A stretch of 64,000 nucleotides of DNA, taken from a virus. Taxonomy: Duplodnaviria > Heunggongvirae > Uroviricota > Caudoviricetes. Position numbers and translations under genes: made by a program. The stretch's first letter is position 1. The number at the start of each line of letters is the position of its first letter. This document shows positions 35,788-46,998 of the stretch, piece after piece. The DNA lies in the IMG/VR virus record IMGVR_UViG_3300021475_000005; one strand, 5' to 3'. The notes under the pieces were generated by a model, which did no database searches, was not told where the DNA came from, and saw only the letters and a list, made by a program, of their open reading frames with translations.

Positions 35788-36576
35788 TTAGACGTTAGGT
35801 TTTCCGCCGTTCGCCAGTTCAAGGCGTTGCGCTGCGGTCATATTTCTAATCTGTTCCGGCGTGCGTTTCAGCACTTTCTTAGCTGTATCGCCGCCTGCTC
35901 CACCACCATTGGAAGGTTTGAAGAAGTAAGGCTTTTCTTCCTTCAACCGACCAATCCACTCACGTGGTGTCATCGGTGTCGTACCATCCGCTCCGTAGAT
36001 CGGCGCGTCACCCTCGTAAGGGATGATGCGGCCATGATCGTCGCAACGGAAAATTCCGAGTGCCGACATCGTAATGTCAGAAATGGCTTTCGGCTCGACA
36101 CCGGAGTCAGTCTGCATTGCGGCATCCTTAATGGCGGATGCAACCAAAGTCTGCTTGTAACGACCATCGAGAGTTTCAGCTTTGGTACGCCAAGCTGCCA
36201 CTTCCTTACCGACTGTCTGGAGCCGGTTATCGTAGTCCTTACGAAGTTCTTCTGTGCGTCGAGAAAGTTGTTCCTCGATGGCACGCGATTCCTTCAGTTC
36301 GCCGTCCTTGACCCGTTGCGCGGTTGCGCGCAACTCTTCAAGTTGTTGCTGAAAGCTTGAAGGGTCTTCCCCAACAATGGTTCTCAGCGGCGTAAGCTGT
36401 TCAAGAAGCGTATCGCGTTCTTTGCTCAGCTTGATGTTGTTGTCACGAAACTCGTCAACAGCGGTCTTCGGAACAACGTTGACTGCGACTTTACCTTCTC
36501 CGCCTTCAACAGTCTTTGCGAACTCACGCAACTCCTTGGGAACTGCATCCAAGGAATCATAATTCAAAATCGGCAT
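35788..36576 (-). CDS. capsid scaffolding protein
   Basis: Coiled coil; DEFRDNNI; PYFFKPSNGGGAGG C-terminus; upstream of MCP. Confidence 0.8.
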   Translation of the reverse strand: MPILNYDSLDAVPKELREFAKTVEGGEGKVAVNVVPKTAVDEFRDNNIKLSKERDTLLEQLTPLRTIVGEDPSSFQQQLEELRATAQRVKDGELKESRAIEEQLSRRTEELRKDYDNRLQTVGKEVAAWRTKAETLDGRYKQTLVASAIKDAAMQTDSGVEPKAISDITMSALGIFRCDDHGRIIPYEGDAPIYGADGTTPMTPREWIGRLKEEKPYFFKPSNGGGAGGDTAKKVLKRTPEQIRNMTAAQRLELANGGKPNV

Positions 36577-36780
36577 TTTCTACTTTCTCTGGGAACCATA
36601 CGACCCGTATGGAGGGGCACCGACCCTCGGTGCTCAGGAGAAAAATGGACAGGTTCGGAAGCCTTCCATTAATCGGGAATGCGCGGACCCTACTAAAGTT
36701 CGAGAATGAAGTCAAGAAAAAAGACTCAATCTGTCCAGATTCTCGACAGGATGTCAAGAGGGTAAGGTCAAAATAAACAG

Positions 36781-36813
36781 AAAAAAGGCCCGGTAGTCGA
36801 TCTACCGGGCCTT
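36781..36813 (-). terminator. intrinsic terminator after the TROVE gene
   Basis: AAGGCCCGGUAGA-UCGA-CUACCGGGCCUUUUUU. Confidence 0.85.
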
Positions 36814-36842
36814 CAAAAACGTTGAATTATAAAGCTTTTATG

Positions 36843-38168
36843 TTACTCGTTGCCAGCCTTCTCGACCTCGGCGATCCAGCGGAGAACGTTTTCCGAAAAA
36901 CCGTCGATATGGTTCCAGCGACCGTAGCCCACGCCATTCTTGTTCGAGGCCACGTTGATCAAATAGGCATGCTTTGTATCCGGAGCCACTGTCTTGTCAT
37001 GGGACTGCTCGTCCGTGATGACGATCAAACGGTCATGTTTGATCTTATAGACAGTCCGAAGAGCTTCGCCGAGATAGGTGCCACCATGCATCTGACTCTT
37101 CGAGATCGCCTCGATCCCAGCCATTCCAAGGCGGCGCGGGACTTCAACCACCTCGTGAGAAAATGTGAAAACTCTCACATCCTCTCCGGGGAAGATAGCG
37201 GCAAGCGTCGCCGCTGCGTCCAGCCGGGTAAGGTCCGACTTCTCGGACAACTTGACATCCATCGAGCCTGAGACATCGACAAGAAGGATCGTCTTGCCCG
37301 GAAGCTTCTCCATTTCCTTCAAGGAGGCGATGAGAGCTTCGTCGATTGCCGGTTCGAAGGACTTGGCATGCCGGGCAGCCGCCGTGAAGCGGAAGGGAAG
37401 AACCTTTTCAGCACCTTTGCGTGCCTTCAAGGCTGCAAGGACGAGATCGCGGTCAACATTCGCCTCAACCATGTTGCGGAGATTGCGCAACAAAGCGAGA
37501 TAGCCGAGTTTCCCGGTCGAGAGAAGCCGCTCAAAAGTTTCCTTCTTGCCTTCGCCTGCACTCAACGCCACTTCCCATGTATCGGGGGCATTGAGCGTGT
37601 TGTTGACGAGGCTATCCCACAAAGCCTGCTGCTCCGCATCCTTCGGTTTCGGATGCGTCAAGAATAGAACATCCCGAAGACGGATTTCATTCTTTCGGTC
37701 GTACTTACCAAGTTGGTAGGCATCGAACTTCGTAAAAGCCATCGCGAGGCCGCGCTTAAGTTGCGCGGACAGCGGCGCATCTTTGCCGTTGAGCTTCCAA
37801 TAGAGCGCCAACAGTTCAGAGAGTTCGTCGGCACGCTGAATGACACGTGCGATTGTCATACTCGTGAGATTATTGCCAGCGCCGGTCTTGCAGAGGGCGA
37901 CGAGGAGCAGGAGGCTGACATGACGAAGCTTCATATCCTCGCGAGCTTCGATGGCGATCAAGCCAAGTGTGCCGGGGCTGACCTTCTGGGCAAGATCGTA
38001 GATGCGCTTGCTGATCTCGACGCCGTCCTCATAAAATTCATTCTCAAACAGCATGCACGACATCACCGAACGGCGAAGCTGTTGCTCCACGGTCGTGCGC
38101 GCAGCCGGTGCGCCTTCATGCGTCGTTTCGGTGAAGGAATTCTTGGTCTTGATGTTTGTACGGGCCAT
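36843..38168 (-). CDS. rsr: Ro60/Rsr TROVE-vWA RNA-binding protein
   Basis: THEGAPA, FYEDG, TWEVALS, ALLRNLRNM, LPFRF, DVSGSM (MIDAS), GGT, VITDEQ. Confidence 0.93.
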   Translation of the reverse strand: MARTNIKTKNSFTETTHEGAPAARTTVEQQLRRSVMSCMLFENEFYEDGVEISKRIYDLAQKVSPGTLGLIAIEAREDMKLRHVSLLLLVALCKTGAGNNLTSMTIARVIQRADELSELLALYWKLNGKDAPLSAQLKRGLAMAFTKFDAYQLGKYDRKNEIRLRDVLFLTHPKPKDAEQQALWDSLVNNTLNAPDTWEVALSAGEGKKETFERLLSTGKLGYLALLRNLRNMVEANVDRDLVLAALKARKGAEKVLPFRFTAAARHAKSFEPAIDEALIASLKEMEKLPGKTILLVDVSGSMDVKLSEKSDLTRLDAAATLAAIFPGEDVRVFTFSHEVVEVPRRLGMAGIEAISKSQMHGGTYLGEALRTVYKIKHDRLIVITDEQSHDKTVAPDTKHAYLINVASNKNGVGYGRWNHIDGFSENVLRWIAEVEKAGNE

Positions 38169-39168
38169 GTTTCTCTCGGGTTGGAATACCAAACGCGATG
38201 TCGCGAATCCTGACATGTGTAGACAGGATTCGCAGGAGTGTCAATCGTGAGTAGGCAGCAAAAGCAGTTGATTGAATTCCGGTGCAATAATTACGGGCAC
38301 ACGCAGCAGTCGTGAACAGCGAAATAGCATATACAGACGCCAGATACGAAATGCCATCACGAAACCTTCTTCTCGCGCTAGACGAAAATATTTCAGCATA
38401 AACTTACTTCTTCTCCGTTATGTGTGCATGTCTACGCCCAGGATTAGGAATGAAGTGGTTTTGCATGATACTCCCAGACTGCAAGCAATTCTTCGAGCGT
38501 GATGGTTCGTCCATAGTATGGAATTTCGTGGGGTAATCCCACAGGACGCTTGATTGTGAAGCTGCCCCCATCAGGAAGTGTGTAAGCGATATCTTGGAAT
38601 ACATATCCCGCTAAAGCGTATTCTTCATGTTCTGACATCTGGACAGCTACGTTTGTCGTTCGGTTGGAGGACGAGATTAATGGTGTGACTGTCATGCACA
38701 TTGTAGAGGTAACGGTCAGGGTCGGCCATAAAGGCGACGCGCCAATCTCAGTTCTTCTTGCGTCAGCACATAACCGGGTCCGTAGCACCCTAGAAGGCGC
38801 TTCCGCCTTTCTTGAAGCCAACCCGCTTTCAGAACTGCTTGTGATTTGGCGGGAACACTCGAAGGTATTGGATTAGGTGGTTCAGGCGTCCCTTCCATCG
38901 TATTTTCGATAAACGGTAAGTTAGTCATTTCTCGCAAAGCAGCTTCTTGATTCTCCAATGCTTCTTCAGCGGACAGTAGCCGTCCGTCGATGCGGACATT
39001 TGCTGTTTTTCCCCATTTGATGCCGTGCTGATCCAAAATTGCCTGTGCTTCTTCGCGTGTCATTTGATTTTCTTGGCTGCGTGTTTTGAGGGGAGGCTGC
39101 AAAAGGATATTGAGATGGAACAAGCGATAACGAAATTGCCTCACCGTGAGGCGCTTTTCCCATAAGGA

Positions 39169-40054
39169 AGATGGCGGGAAAAGTTCGAGTTGAACGAACG
39201 ATGAATTCGTCGTCTACGCCAATCTCAATTCTTAGTGCTCAACGAAGATAGACGCGCTCGGGATCGAACCGGGACACCTCTGCTGTTAGCCTTTTAGCAA
39301 CTCACCGCCCTTGTCGGACTGCTACCCTTTTGGTTGGCTTAGTGGACTATCTTCGTTGATTGGTAAGATGCATTGCAGGATTGAAAAGTACAGGCGCTAC
39401 CACGTCTTTACAATTAAACCGGCTTGATACCGATTCAAGTGCTGTGGAATTTGAATCCACTAGCGCCCGAAGGCACATCATCCGAAGCATGTGATAACTA
39501 CGCTATTTCAATCCGGCAATGCATCCAATTCAGATTGATGACTATTCCGAGAACAGACGTGAAGACATTTTTAGCGCTCTTCCACTGAGCTACGGTTGCA
39601 CAGTACAACCGGTTGGATTCGAACCAACGACCTCTCGATTACAAGTCGAAGAATTTCTTCACTTCACTACGGACTAGTCATCGATCTGAACCGATGATTT
39701 TGTTGAGCAGGGTGGAACAGGCGACCCGGCGAGCGCCCCAGTATAGACTTATGAAGTCCGACTAAAGGCATTTGCTTGATATCAGGTTTTTGGCCTGACT
39801 TTTGGTAAGCGAAGAACTCCGGTTCTACACCAACCCCATTCTCAACAACTTTAAAAACTATGCAGGCATCGAGTACAATTGCCGCCGTACCCATTGTCGA
39901 TCCACTTATGGATACCCAATACGCATAACAACAATTTAAGATTTCTCATCTCTACAAACCTTATATAATATCAGGGAACAGGCGCTTACGGGGTAGGCTG
40001 CCTACAGCCATGACGGTCATTATCAAGAAGTAACCGTTTGCTTTCACCACTGAT
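39169..40054 (-). ncRNA. array of Y-RNA-like ncRNAs (units ~39970-40054, 39701-39847, 39537-39682, 39367-39525, 39239-39359, 39169-39225)
   Basis: Each unit closed by a terminal stem; five share a 5' GUG(A/U)A-like and 3' CU(G/U)UUC internal motif; TTGACA promoter at 40084-40089; Ro60 gene downstream. Confidence 0.75.
39537..39682 (-). ncRNA. yrlA: YrlA-type tRNA-mimic Y RNA
   Basis: T arm GUUGG-UUCGAAU-CCAAC, then closed acceptor-like hairpin, then D arm UAGCUCAGUGGAAGAGC, all inside a long closing stem. Confidence 0.85.
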
Positions 40055-40101
40055 TGTGACCTTCTCTCATAACCGACTCGTGATGTCAAGGACGAATTTG
40101 C

Positions 40102-40494
40102 CTACCAAAACAAAATTTTTGCAGGTTTCTGCTTTTTGTATTTCCGGCGATCCTCAGCCGTCTTCTTCTTATGACATTTAACGCATAATAGCCGGACATT
40201 CGTCGGTTCCCAAAACTCTGGATCGCCATAGGCTATAAAGAGCGGAAGGATGTGGTCAGCTTCCCAATCGTCAGTCAGATAAAAATGAGTTTTTCCACAT
40301 TCATGACAGATACCGAAGTCACGGAAGAAAACATACTGCCGCATCCGTTGCGGATCGGCACGAAGCAGGTAATGTGTCCTGCAAACGTTGCTACAAAACT
40401 TCGCTTTATCCTTTGTTTTGAGTCCACACCAGCGACACATGCCGAGAGGCGCTTTGTGGAAGCGGCCCGGATAAGCGCGATGCGCGGCCATCAA
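40102..40494 (-). CDS. HNH endonuclease
   Basis: CHEC..WEADHI..NVRLLCVKCH. Confidence 0.85.
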   Translation of the reverse strand: MMAAHRAYPGRFHKAPLGMCRWCGLKTKDKAKFCSNVCRTHYLLRADPQRMRQYVFFRDFGICHECGKTHFYLTDDWEADHILPLFIAYGDPEFWEPTNVRLLCVKCHKKKTAEDRRKYKKQKPAKILFW

Positions 40495-40603
40495 TCATCT
40501 TCGCCGTCATAACCGTGATATGGAGGTTCTTCCATACTATTTCCGAGGACAAAGAGAAACCAAGCTGCTGCAATGAAGAGCATCGTTCCGAGCGCTACGA
40601 AAA

Positions 40604-41185
40604 TCATGGCGTCACCGGAAGCGCTTCTGCCTGCGTCTTCTCCCGGATCAACGACCAACGAATTAGAGAAACCGTTTCAGCCCACGTCTCGGCATATTGG
40701 ACATGCACGAGAAGATCGCGTTGAAACTTCTCTAATTCATAGGGGCGAACTTGAAAGCCGTAAAGATACTTAACGGTCTGGAGATGCCTCAGCACGTCGA
40801 GCTTGTCGTCGATGAAATGCGTCAGTCCCAGAATTTCTGCAATCGGTGCCTTATCGGCACGCTCCAGACAAAAGTAGACATTCTCAGGAAGCACACCGGT
40901 CTTTGCATAAAAATTTTGATGTGTCAGCCATTCACGAGATCGTACTTGCGTTTTCAGGCGTGCTTTTGAGACGATGAAGACGTTCTCGGGCCAAAACATA
41001 TCGACAAGTTCTGCAATGCTGTCGGTTGCGCGATGTACTTCGGTTGTTTGCAGATAATTGTCCGAGAAAAACGACGTATCGGTATTATCATTGGCGCGGT
41101 CTATGATAACGCCTCCGATATCGATGCCGAGTTTCAGGTTAGTATCCATAGTCGTCATAGTCGTCCCAATCATCAGAAAGGTCAC
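40604..41185 (-). CDS. HAD-superfamily (5'-nucleotidase-like) protein
   Basis: GIDIGGVI, IVSK, K..THFIDDK motifs. Confidence 0.7.
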   Translation of the reverse strand: MTFLMIGTTMTTMDTNLKLGIDIGGVIIDRANDNTDTSFFSDNYLQTTEVHRATDSIAELVDMFWPENVFIVSKARLKTQVRSREWLTHQNFYAKTGVLPENVYFCLERADKAPIAEILGLTHFIDDKLDVLRHLQTVKYLYGFQVRPYELEKFQRDLLVHVQYAETWAETVSLIRWSLIREKTQAEALPVTP

Positions 41186-41256
41186 CTCGCCATAAAAGCA
41201 CCAAGCTTATTACGATCACTATCGCCGCTATAGTCAAGTTAAGTGCCATCTGAGCC

Positions 41257-41520
41257 TCAGTTCAATTTAAATTCCTTACCGATGTGCTTAAGATCGGTTG
41301 GAGAGATGATACCGCGTACTGCGACAATAACGGAGTGCAGCTTACCGTCGAGATTTTGTTCCCAGTGGTCCAAGAACCGCGTCAGGACCGGAAACTGTGG
41401 GGCTCGATCCAATTCCTGCCATATGAACTCCTGAATTAGTGCAGGGTGATCCGGCAGGTGATAAAATATTTGTGCCGTCGTCAATCGCCAGCCCAGCAAC
41501 ATCGATCTGTCACTCATCAT
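41257..41520 (-). CDS. usg: Usg-family protein
   Basis: LTTAQIFYHLPDHP..FIWQELDRAPQFP.L.RFLDHW...LDGKLHSV. Confidence 0.85.
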   Translation of the reverse strand: MMSDRSMLLGWRLTTAQIFYHLPDHPALIQEFIWQELDRAPQFPVLTRFLDHWEQNLDGKLHSVIVAVRGIISPTDLKHIGKEFKLN

Positions 41521-41689
41521 GGACTCTGATAAAACTGTTCTTCTTTCCAAGGGCCACCAGACAGGCAGCGGCGAGTACGCATATCAAGGTAGCACTTCAC
41601 GCATTGCGAACATTTGACGAGCCGGTAGATGTCTGGATGCTTCTCAGGAGAAGCTGGGTCTGGATCACTAGGTGTTAAGGTCCGCGATG

Positions 41690-42139
41690 TCATAGAGTGA
41701 GCACATCAATTCCGTTGCCGCTCCGCGTATCAATCTGCATCGCAGCGTAAACAGCTTCTTCCGGCGTTGCGCCTGCCGTCATCGCTCCGAGTGCAAGCTC
41801 CATCCCCGATCCATAAGCGTGGAAAGGTGCGCGAGACAACTGCAACCCGGCCCACGAAAATTCGATGGCAAGTTCAGGATCATTTTTGGTAAAGAGCACA
41901 CCAATACCTTCGATGCGTTCTTCACCACTTCCTTCACCCATGAGGGGAGGATCGCCAACACAACCAAGACGAACCCATGCGCAAAATCTATGACAAAGCG
42001 AGCCTGTCCCAGCCGCTCCAGCCAAGACGCCTTTATTACGTGCAATCTTGGTGATCTGCCCGATGTTAAAACCGTTCAGGGTGATGCGACGGTCGGCAGC
42101 CAACATTTTATGTTTTGCGGAGTACGCAATTGTCGTCAT
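41690..42139 (-). CDS. Ntn-hydrolase/proteasome-beta-like peptidase
   Basis: MTTIA start; LAADR; AYGSG..ALGAM; A.QID..SG. Confidence 0.8.
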   Translation of the reverse strand: MTTIAYSAKHKMLAADRRITLNGFNIGQITKIARNKGVLAGAAGTGSLCHRFCAWVRLGCVGDPPLMGEGSGEERIEGIGVLFTKNDPELAIEFSWAGLQLSRAPFHAYGSGMELALGAMTAGATPEEAVYAAMQIDTRSGNGIDVLTL

Positions 42140-44744
42140 TTGCGCCAAAAGAGAAGAGTACGAAGAATACCATTCTTGAAGATTTTAAATTCCTGTGGAT
42201 TGATCGGTACCGTCTGATCTTTCGCATCGACATAGTCGAGTGTCAATGGATCGATGTTCTCGCGTCCCCAATGTTCCTTGTATTCGCGTACTTGTGCTTC
42301 AACATCATGCTTCTTCTGCCGCATCTTGCAATCGACGCCGCGCAGGATAATCCCGCTCATGTCATCTGCATGCCCAAGACCAAAGCGTTTCTTCATGTGA
42401 ATGTGAAGCGGATGCGCTTCATTCCAAAGCCATGCATTACGCATGGCGGTTCCGTAACCGTGATGCATACTCTCCGCGCCGGTTTGATAGATATACGTAG
42501 CATCCGTCAAAGTCATGCTGTTGAAGATCAGTTCGACTGCTTCTTCCAGTGTATCGGGGTTATGCTCGCTTGGATTGATCATATTAGCACCGTGCTACCA
42601 AATCGTCGCCGTGAATGGAATTCAATTTTGCCTGTGGTCTTGGGCCTCCCATTGACGGATCGATCTCGTGGGCGAAAACGAGATTCAAATGGGCTCGCAC
42701 TAACGCTATCTGCGGCGCTGTCAATTGAACAGTAGGTGTCGTCAATTCAAAAAAGCCTTGCAGCCAGAAACAAAAATCTCGCGATGTCATTCGATCCTCG
42801 GATCAGTAAAGGTCAGCGTGCCGCCGTCGATGCGCTCGGCATAGTCCGGTGTGTTCCAAGCATAGTCAGTTTCGGCATCAGTCCATGTCTCTTCGTTCGA
42901 CGAAGAGAATTCTACCCAATCGCCCCATGCTTTATAGGCCTTCCATGGAACGATGTAGGAATGCCCACTGTTATCGTGTCCAACAAAATATCGTTCTGGC
43001 CTTTCCACGCTTCCGCGTGACTCACGAAAAGCTTCAGCACCCGGAGTTGCGATGATTATTTTAGAGCCTAACATAAGTTCCTCAGTATATCTGAACGCTG
43101 ACAAGGGCGCTCGTGCCTTTCAAGAACATCTTAAGGACATCGATCCGCCGCATTGACATGCGATTAAGCTGGGACGCAAGTATGGTGAAGCGAAAATATT
43201 TCTCTTCGCGTTCCTTGGCAGCCTGCGCTTCAGCCTCATCCGCTTTCTTCTTTAGATCGGCAAGGAAATCATGAGGATCAATATCCCAGTTTTTGTATCC
43301 GTTATCCGCCATCAAATTGAATCCGTATAAGTTTCAGTGTCTGGAATTTCGCGCTCAACGCCATCATCAAACATTTCCTTATCGATGATGTACGGACAAT
43401 CACTAAGCGGAAGTCGCTCAATCCCGTCCGACCATTTTGGGTCTGGGATATTCGGGACTGGTGGAAGCGTCACAAAAGCGATGCGATCTTCGCGGACGCC
43501 ACAGGTATCGAAGGCTGCAAAGATTTTTCCGATCTTCACGTACCATGCAGTACCTTCAACCATCGTCTCGTGCTCGTACTGAATGCCACCGTAGGTCAGG
43601 AGCATTAATCCAAGCAGGAAACCAACGATGACGAACTCACGCTGCATACTTAGGTCTTAGCTCGAACAGAAGCGCTGACGTTGACACTAACTCCGGTAAA
43701 GGCATTCTCTTCACGCCAAGATATGGAGCCGGAGCAACTGACATAAACGTTCTCATTGTCACTTGGATTGATCAAAACTTGTAGGATGTGTTCCAATGCA
43801 TCCTGTGCGATATCTCGGTCTGCACGATGCGTCGGTTGACTGTCTACGACCTTATCGAATTCCGCATCGACCTTTCCGATAGCGTCGTCTTTACTGCTGG
43901 CTGTGATCGAGAATGAGTAGCTCATATTATTCCCTTCTGGTTTTGGTTTGAGAAAGTTATTGTGCAGTCTCGCTGGGCATCAGTCCGTACTCGATAGACC
44001 GGCGCATGGCTTCGTCCGATGCTGCATTCACCCAGTCATCGACATGATCTTGACCCTTGTGGATCAGGACCTCACAGAGAGGGCAATGATGCGATCCGTC
44101 ATCCTTCATGTGCAGAAGATATTCGCCACCCTGCTGAAGAGCATTTGAATAGATGCCGATTGTGACGCCACGCAGCGGATCGAAGTTTGTCGCATTCTCA
44201 CCGTTGAGATTTGCGTCTTTCATTTTTTGTTTCAGTTCTTCATCGGTCTGAGGACGAAGCTTCCACAAGCCACGGAGCGTCATGGCATCTTTGATGTCGG
44301 CATAATGTTTGTCGCAGAGTTGCATATCAAGGTCCGCTATGTGCGAGTAGTTGAAGATACCGTGCGATGGCAGTAATCATTTCCAGCAATTGCTCCATAG
44401 GAACGCGTATTGTTCCTGACGGTGCTAGTTGGCTGTCTATCTTCTCTACACCCCTAATCGAGAAACTGATGACGCCGTCATCCTCGACATTTACTGCCAA
44501 GGAAGGAGGCGCAGTCCCGGTAGGGATGTATGAGAAGATATTCATCACTTCACTTTGAATTTGGCTGCGACGTTCATGATCTTCGTGACAGTCTCGTCAT
44601 AGTTGCCTTCAACCAAATGCCCATTGGGCCATTCAACAGAAACAACACAAGTAACGTTTGGTTGGCCTTCTAAGACACGTAAGATATGTGCTATGTTGAA
44701 CAGAACTTTCCGTCCGGTAGTCGAAACCTTGAATTCAACAAACA

Positions 44745-45101
44745 TCAAACCTGACTCAAGGCGGCGACCGTAACCGAGCACAAACGATTCTTCATGCGTT
44801 CATTGATGGGGAGGAAGTGATACGGAGCCATCCGAGGGTCGAGCTTTTCGATCTCACTGAATGTATGACCATATTGCCATCCATCCTTCTTGCGCTCTTC
44901 GATCCACACATTATGTTGGGCAGCATCACCAAGTGTTGGAAACTTCAAACGGAAATCAACGGCAGCGAGAGCAGCTTCACGCTGATCAGACGGTGCATCG
45001 TCCCATGCCAGTTGGCTGTCGTCGCCTTGCTCGAACATGTAGGCACGCTGTGCCTCATGGTAAACGCGAGCGATCATATGTTTACGGTCTGGAGATAACA
45101 T
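44745..45101 (-). CDS. RyR-domain-like phage protein
   Basis: QHNVWIEERKKDGWQYG....KLDPRMAPYHFLP. Confidence 0.7.
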   Translation of the reverse strand: MLSPDRKHMIARVYHEAQRAYMFEQGDDSQLAWDDAPSDQREAALAAVDFRLKFPTLGDAAQHNVWIEERKKDGWQYGHTFSEIEKLDPRMAPYHFLPINERMKNRLCSVTVAALSQV

Positions 45102-46998
45102 TGTAGTCCTTTCAAGAGAGTAAGAAAAAATTTTCCGTACAGCCTGCTGCGAGTTTGCATCTAAGCTGTGAGAGGTACTCGTGCAACGAATTCACCAATA
45201 GACTTTCGCTATCTTTTGATGGAGCAAAACGAATTTCATTTTCATACTCACCTATCGCAAGATAAATTGCACGAAAGCGGAGGCCCATTAACGGGGACCT
45301 TATAGATTTGAAGACTGTCTCCTTTGGGTTATGAGAACGCTGAAGCCTTTCTGCGGTATCATGCCTTGAGACGACGATCAAAATCGGCAGATCGGGGCGC
45401 TCTGTAACAATGTTCTCGCCGAGATGCATTAACGAGGAACTCTTCTGGAACGACCTTCAAAGATAAGAGCGTGAAGCTCATCATACGAGCCCGATACTTT
45501 TGCAATCACTGTACCTCGAAGAAAAACTAAACAATATTCGTCAGTAGTGGCAGTGGCAGCAAGCTGATCAACAGCATCACATCTGATTGTCGTTTCTCTT
45601 CCGTCAGAAAGAGTACCTTGGATGTAATCGCTCATGGGATGATCGCTCCATTCTTCGGGTACCACGAATTGTTTTTATCCATTCCCACTATTTGAACCCA
45701 TTCAATCCGGTGGGTTGGATAAAAAACAAGATCGTCGCCTGCGCAGTGGCAAAAGCCGTTTGTTACAATGGCGTCAGCTTGCTCACGTGCGACAGGCGAC
45801 GAATTTACGGTGAAGGTAAAAGGGTAATGACGATCAACTACCTTCACAATGATCTTTATCTCGCGCTCCCCGTCCAATGAGACCTTATTCTTTTCAGAAA
45901 GCGGTGCAACAGGCTCGTCGTAGCGAGGGACGATGCGCTCTCTCGGATGAACGATGCCTGCACGATCCTTCGGGAAATTCCTGAACCACTCATTGTCGAT
46001 GAAACCTTTCGGTGGTGTTCCACATGTGCTGGGTTTCGTACCGGCATCTGGACTGTGTGACTCGCAACCGGGCAACGCACAAGGATCGAACTTGTTGAAC
46101 GATCTCACCATGTCATCCCAGAATTCACGGTCTTCATCATCATCATGTTCAAGCTGTTGCTTGATCTCCTCGTCATGAAAAGGAGAGTTGGCTGCCGGAA
46201 AAGCATCCGCAAAATTTTTCCATCTAAATTTAGGTGGCTGCACTGCTCTTACTTTAACAGTATCAAAGAATTCTTTCAGTTGACGAAATTCTTCGTTCTT
46301 GCGTTCGGCGCGTTCTCTTTCATGCTTAGAGAACTCGGCCTTTGCCTGTCTGAGTTTATCAGTCCACGCATCGAGGCGCTCTTTCAAATCATCTTTTGGG
46401 GGTGACATTGGAACTGCATCTCTTTGGTAAGTAGATTTATCAGGATAAGGCGCAACATTTCGAATCTGCTGTCGGATCATCTCTTCGCGTTCTTCCGGCG
46501 TCATCGCTACAACACGGCGAGCCGATTCTTCGAGAAGAGCTTCCAAGTCAGGCCGAGGTGGAGCATTAAACTGAAACCGCTTATTTGTTTTCATCGATCT
46601 CAGCCAAATTTCCACGCGACTCGCTTACCTTCGTCGTTCGTTCATAAATAACGAAGCTGCAATCAGATTTTTTGACTGCGTCCAGAATGTAGTCGAACAT
46701 CGTATCGTCTTCATTGACTTCGCGAATAGGCACGATGTAGTAATCCGCATGGAAGGGAGCGTTAAGTCGGATACGCTTCCAGTACTTCAGCGTCTTCACG
46801 ACTTCGCGAGCATCTTCTGGATCGCCGCCAAGTCCGCTACCCAAACGGCATCGTCTTCCTCGGCGACGCAATTGTCATCGACGTATTTGAGCCACATCCA
46901 ATCGTCTTCGTCGATCTGGTGGTATTCCCAGCCGCGTGCGGTGAGAGCATTCGTTTCGGCTTCTGAAAACTCTTCGAAGACCTCATCCATTTTCTGTA

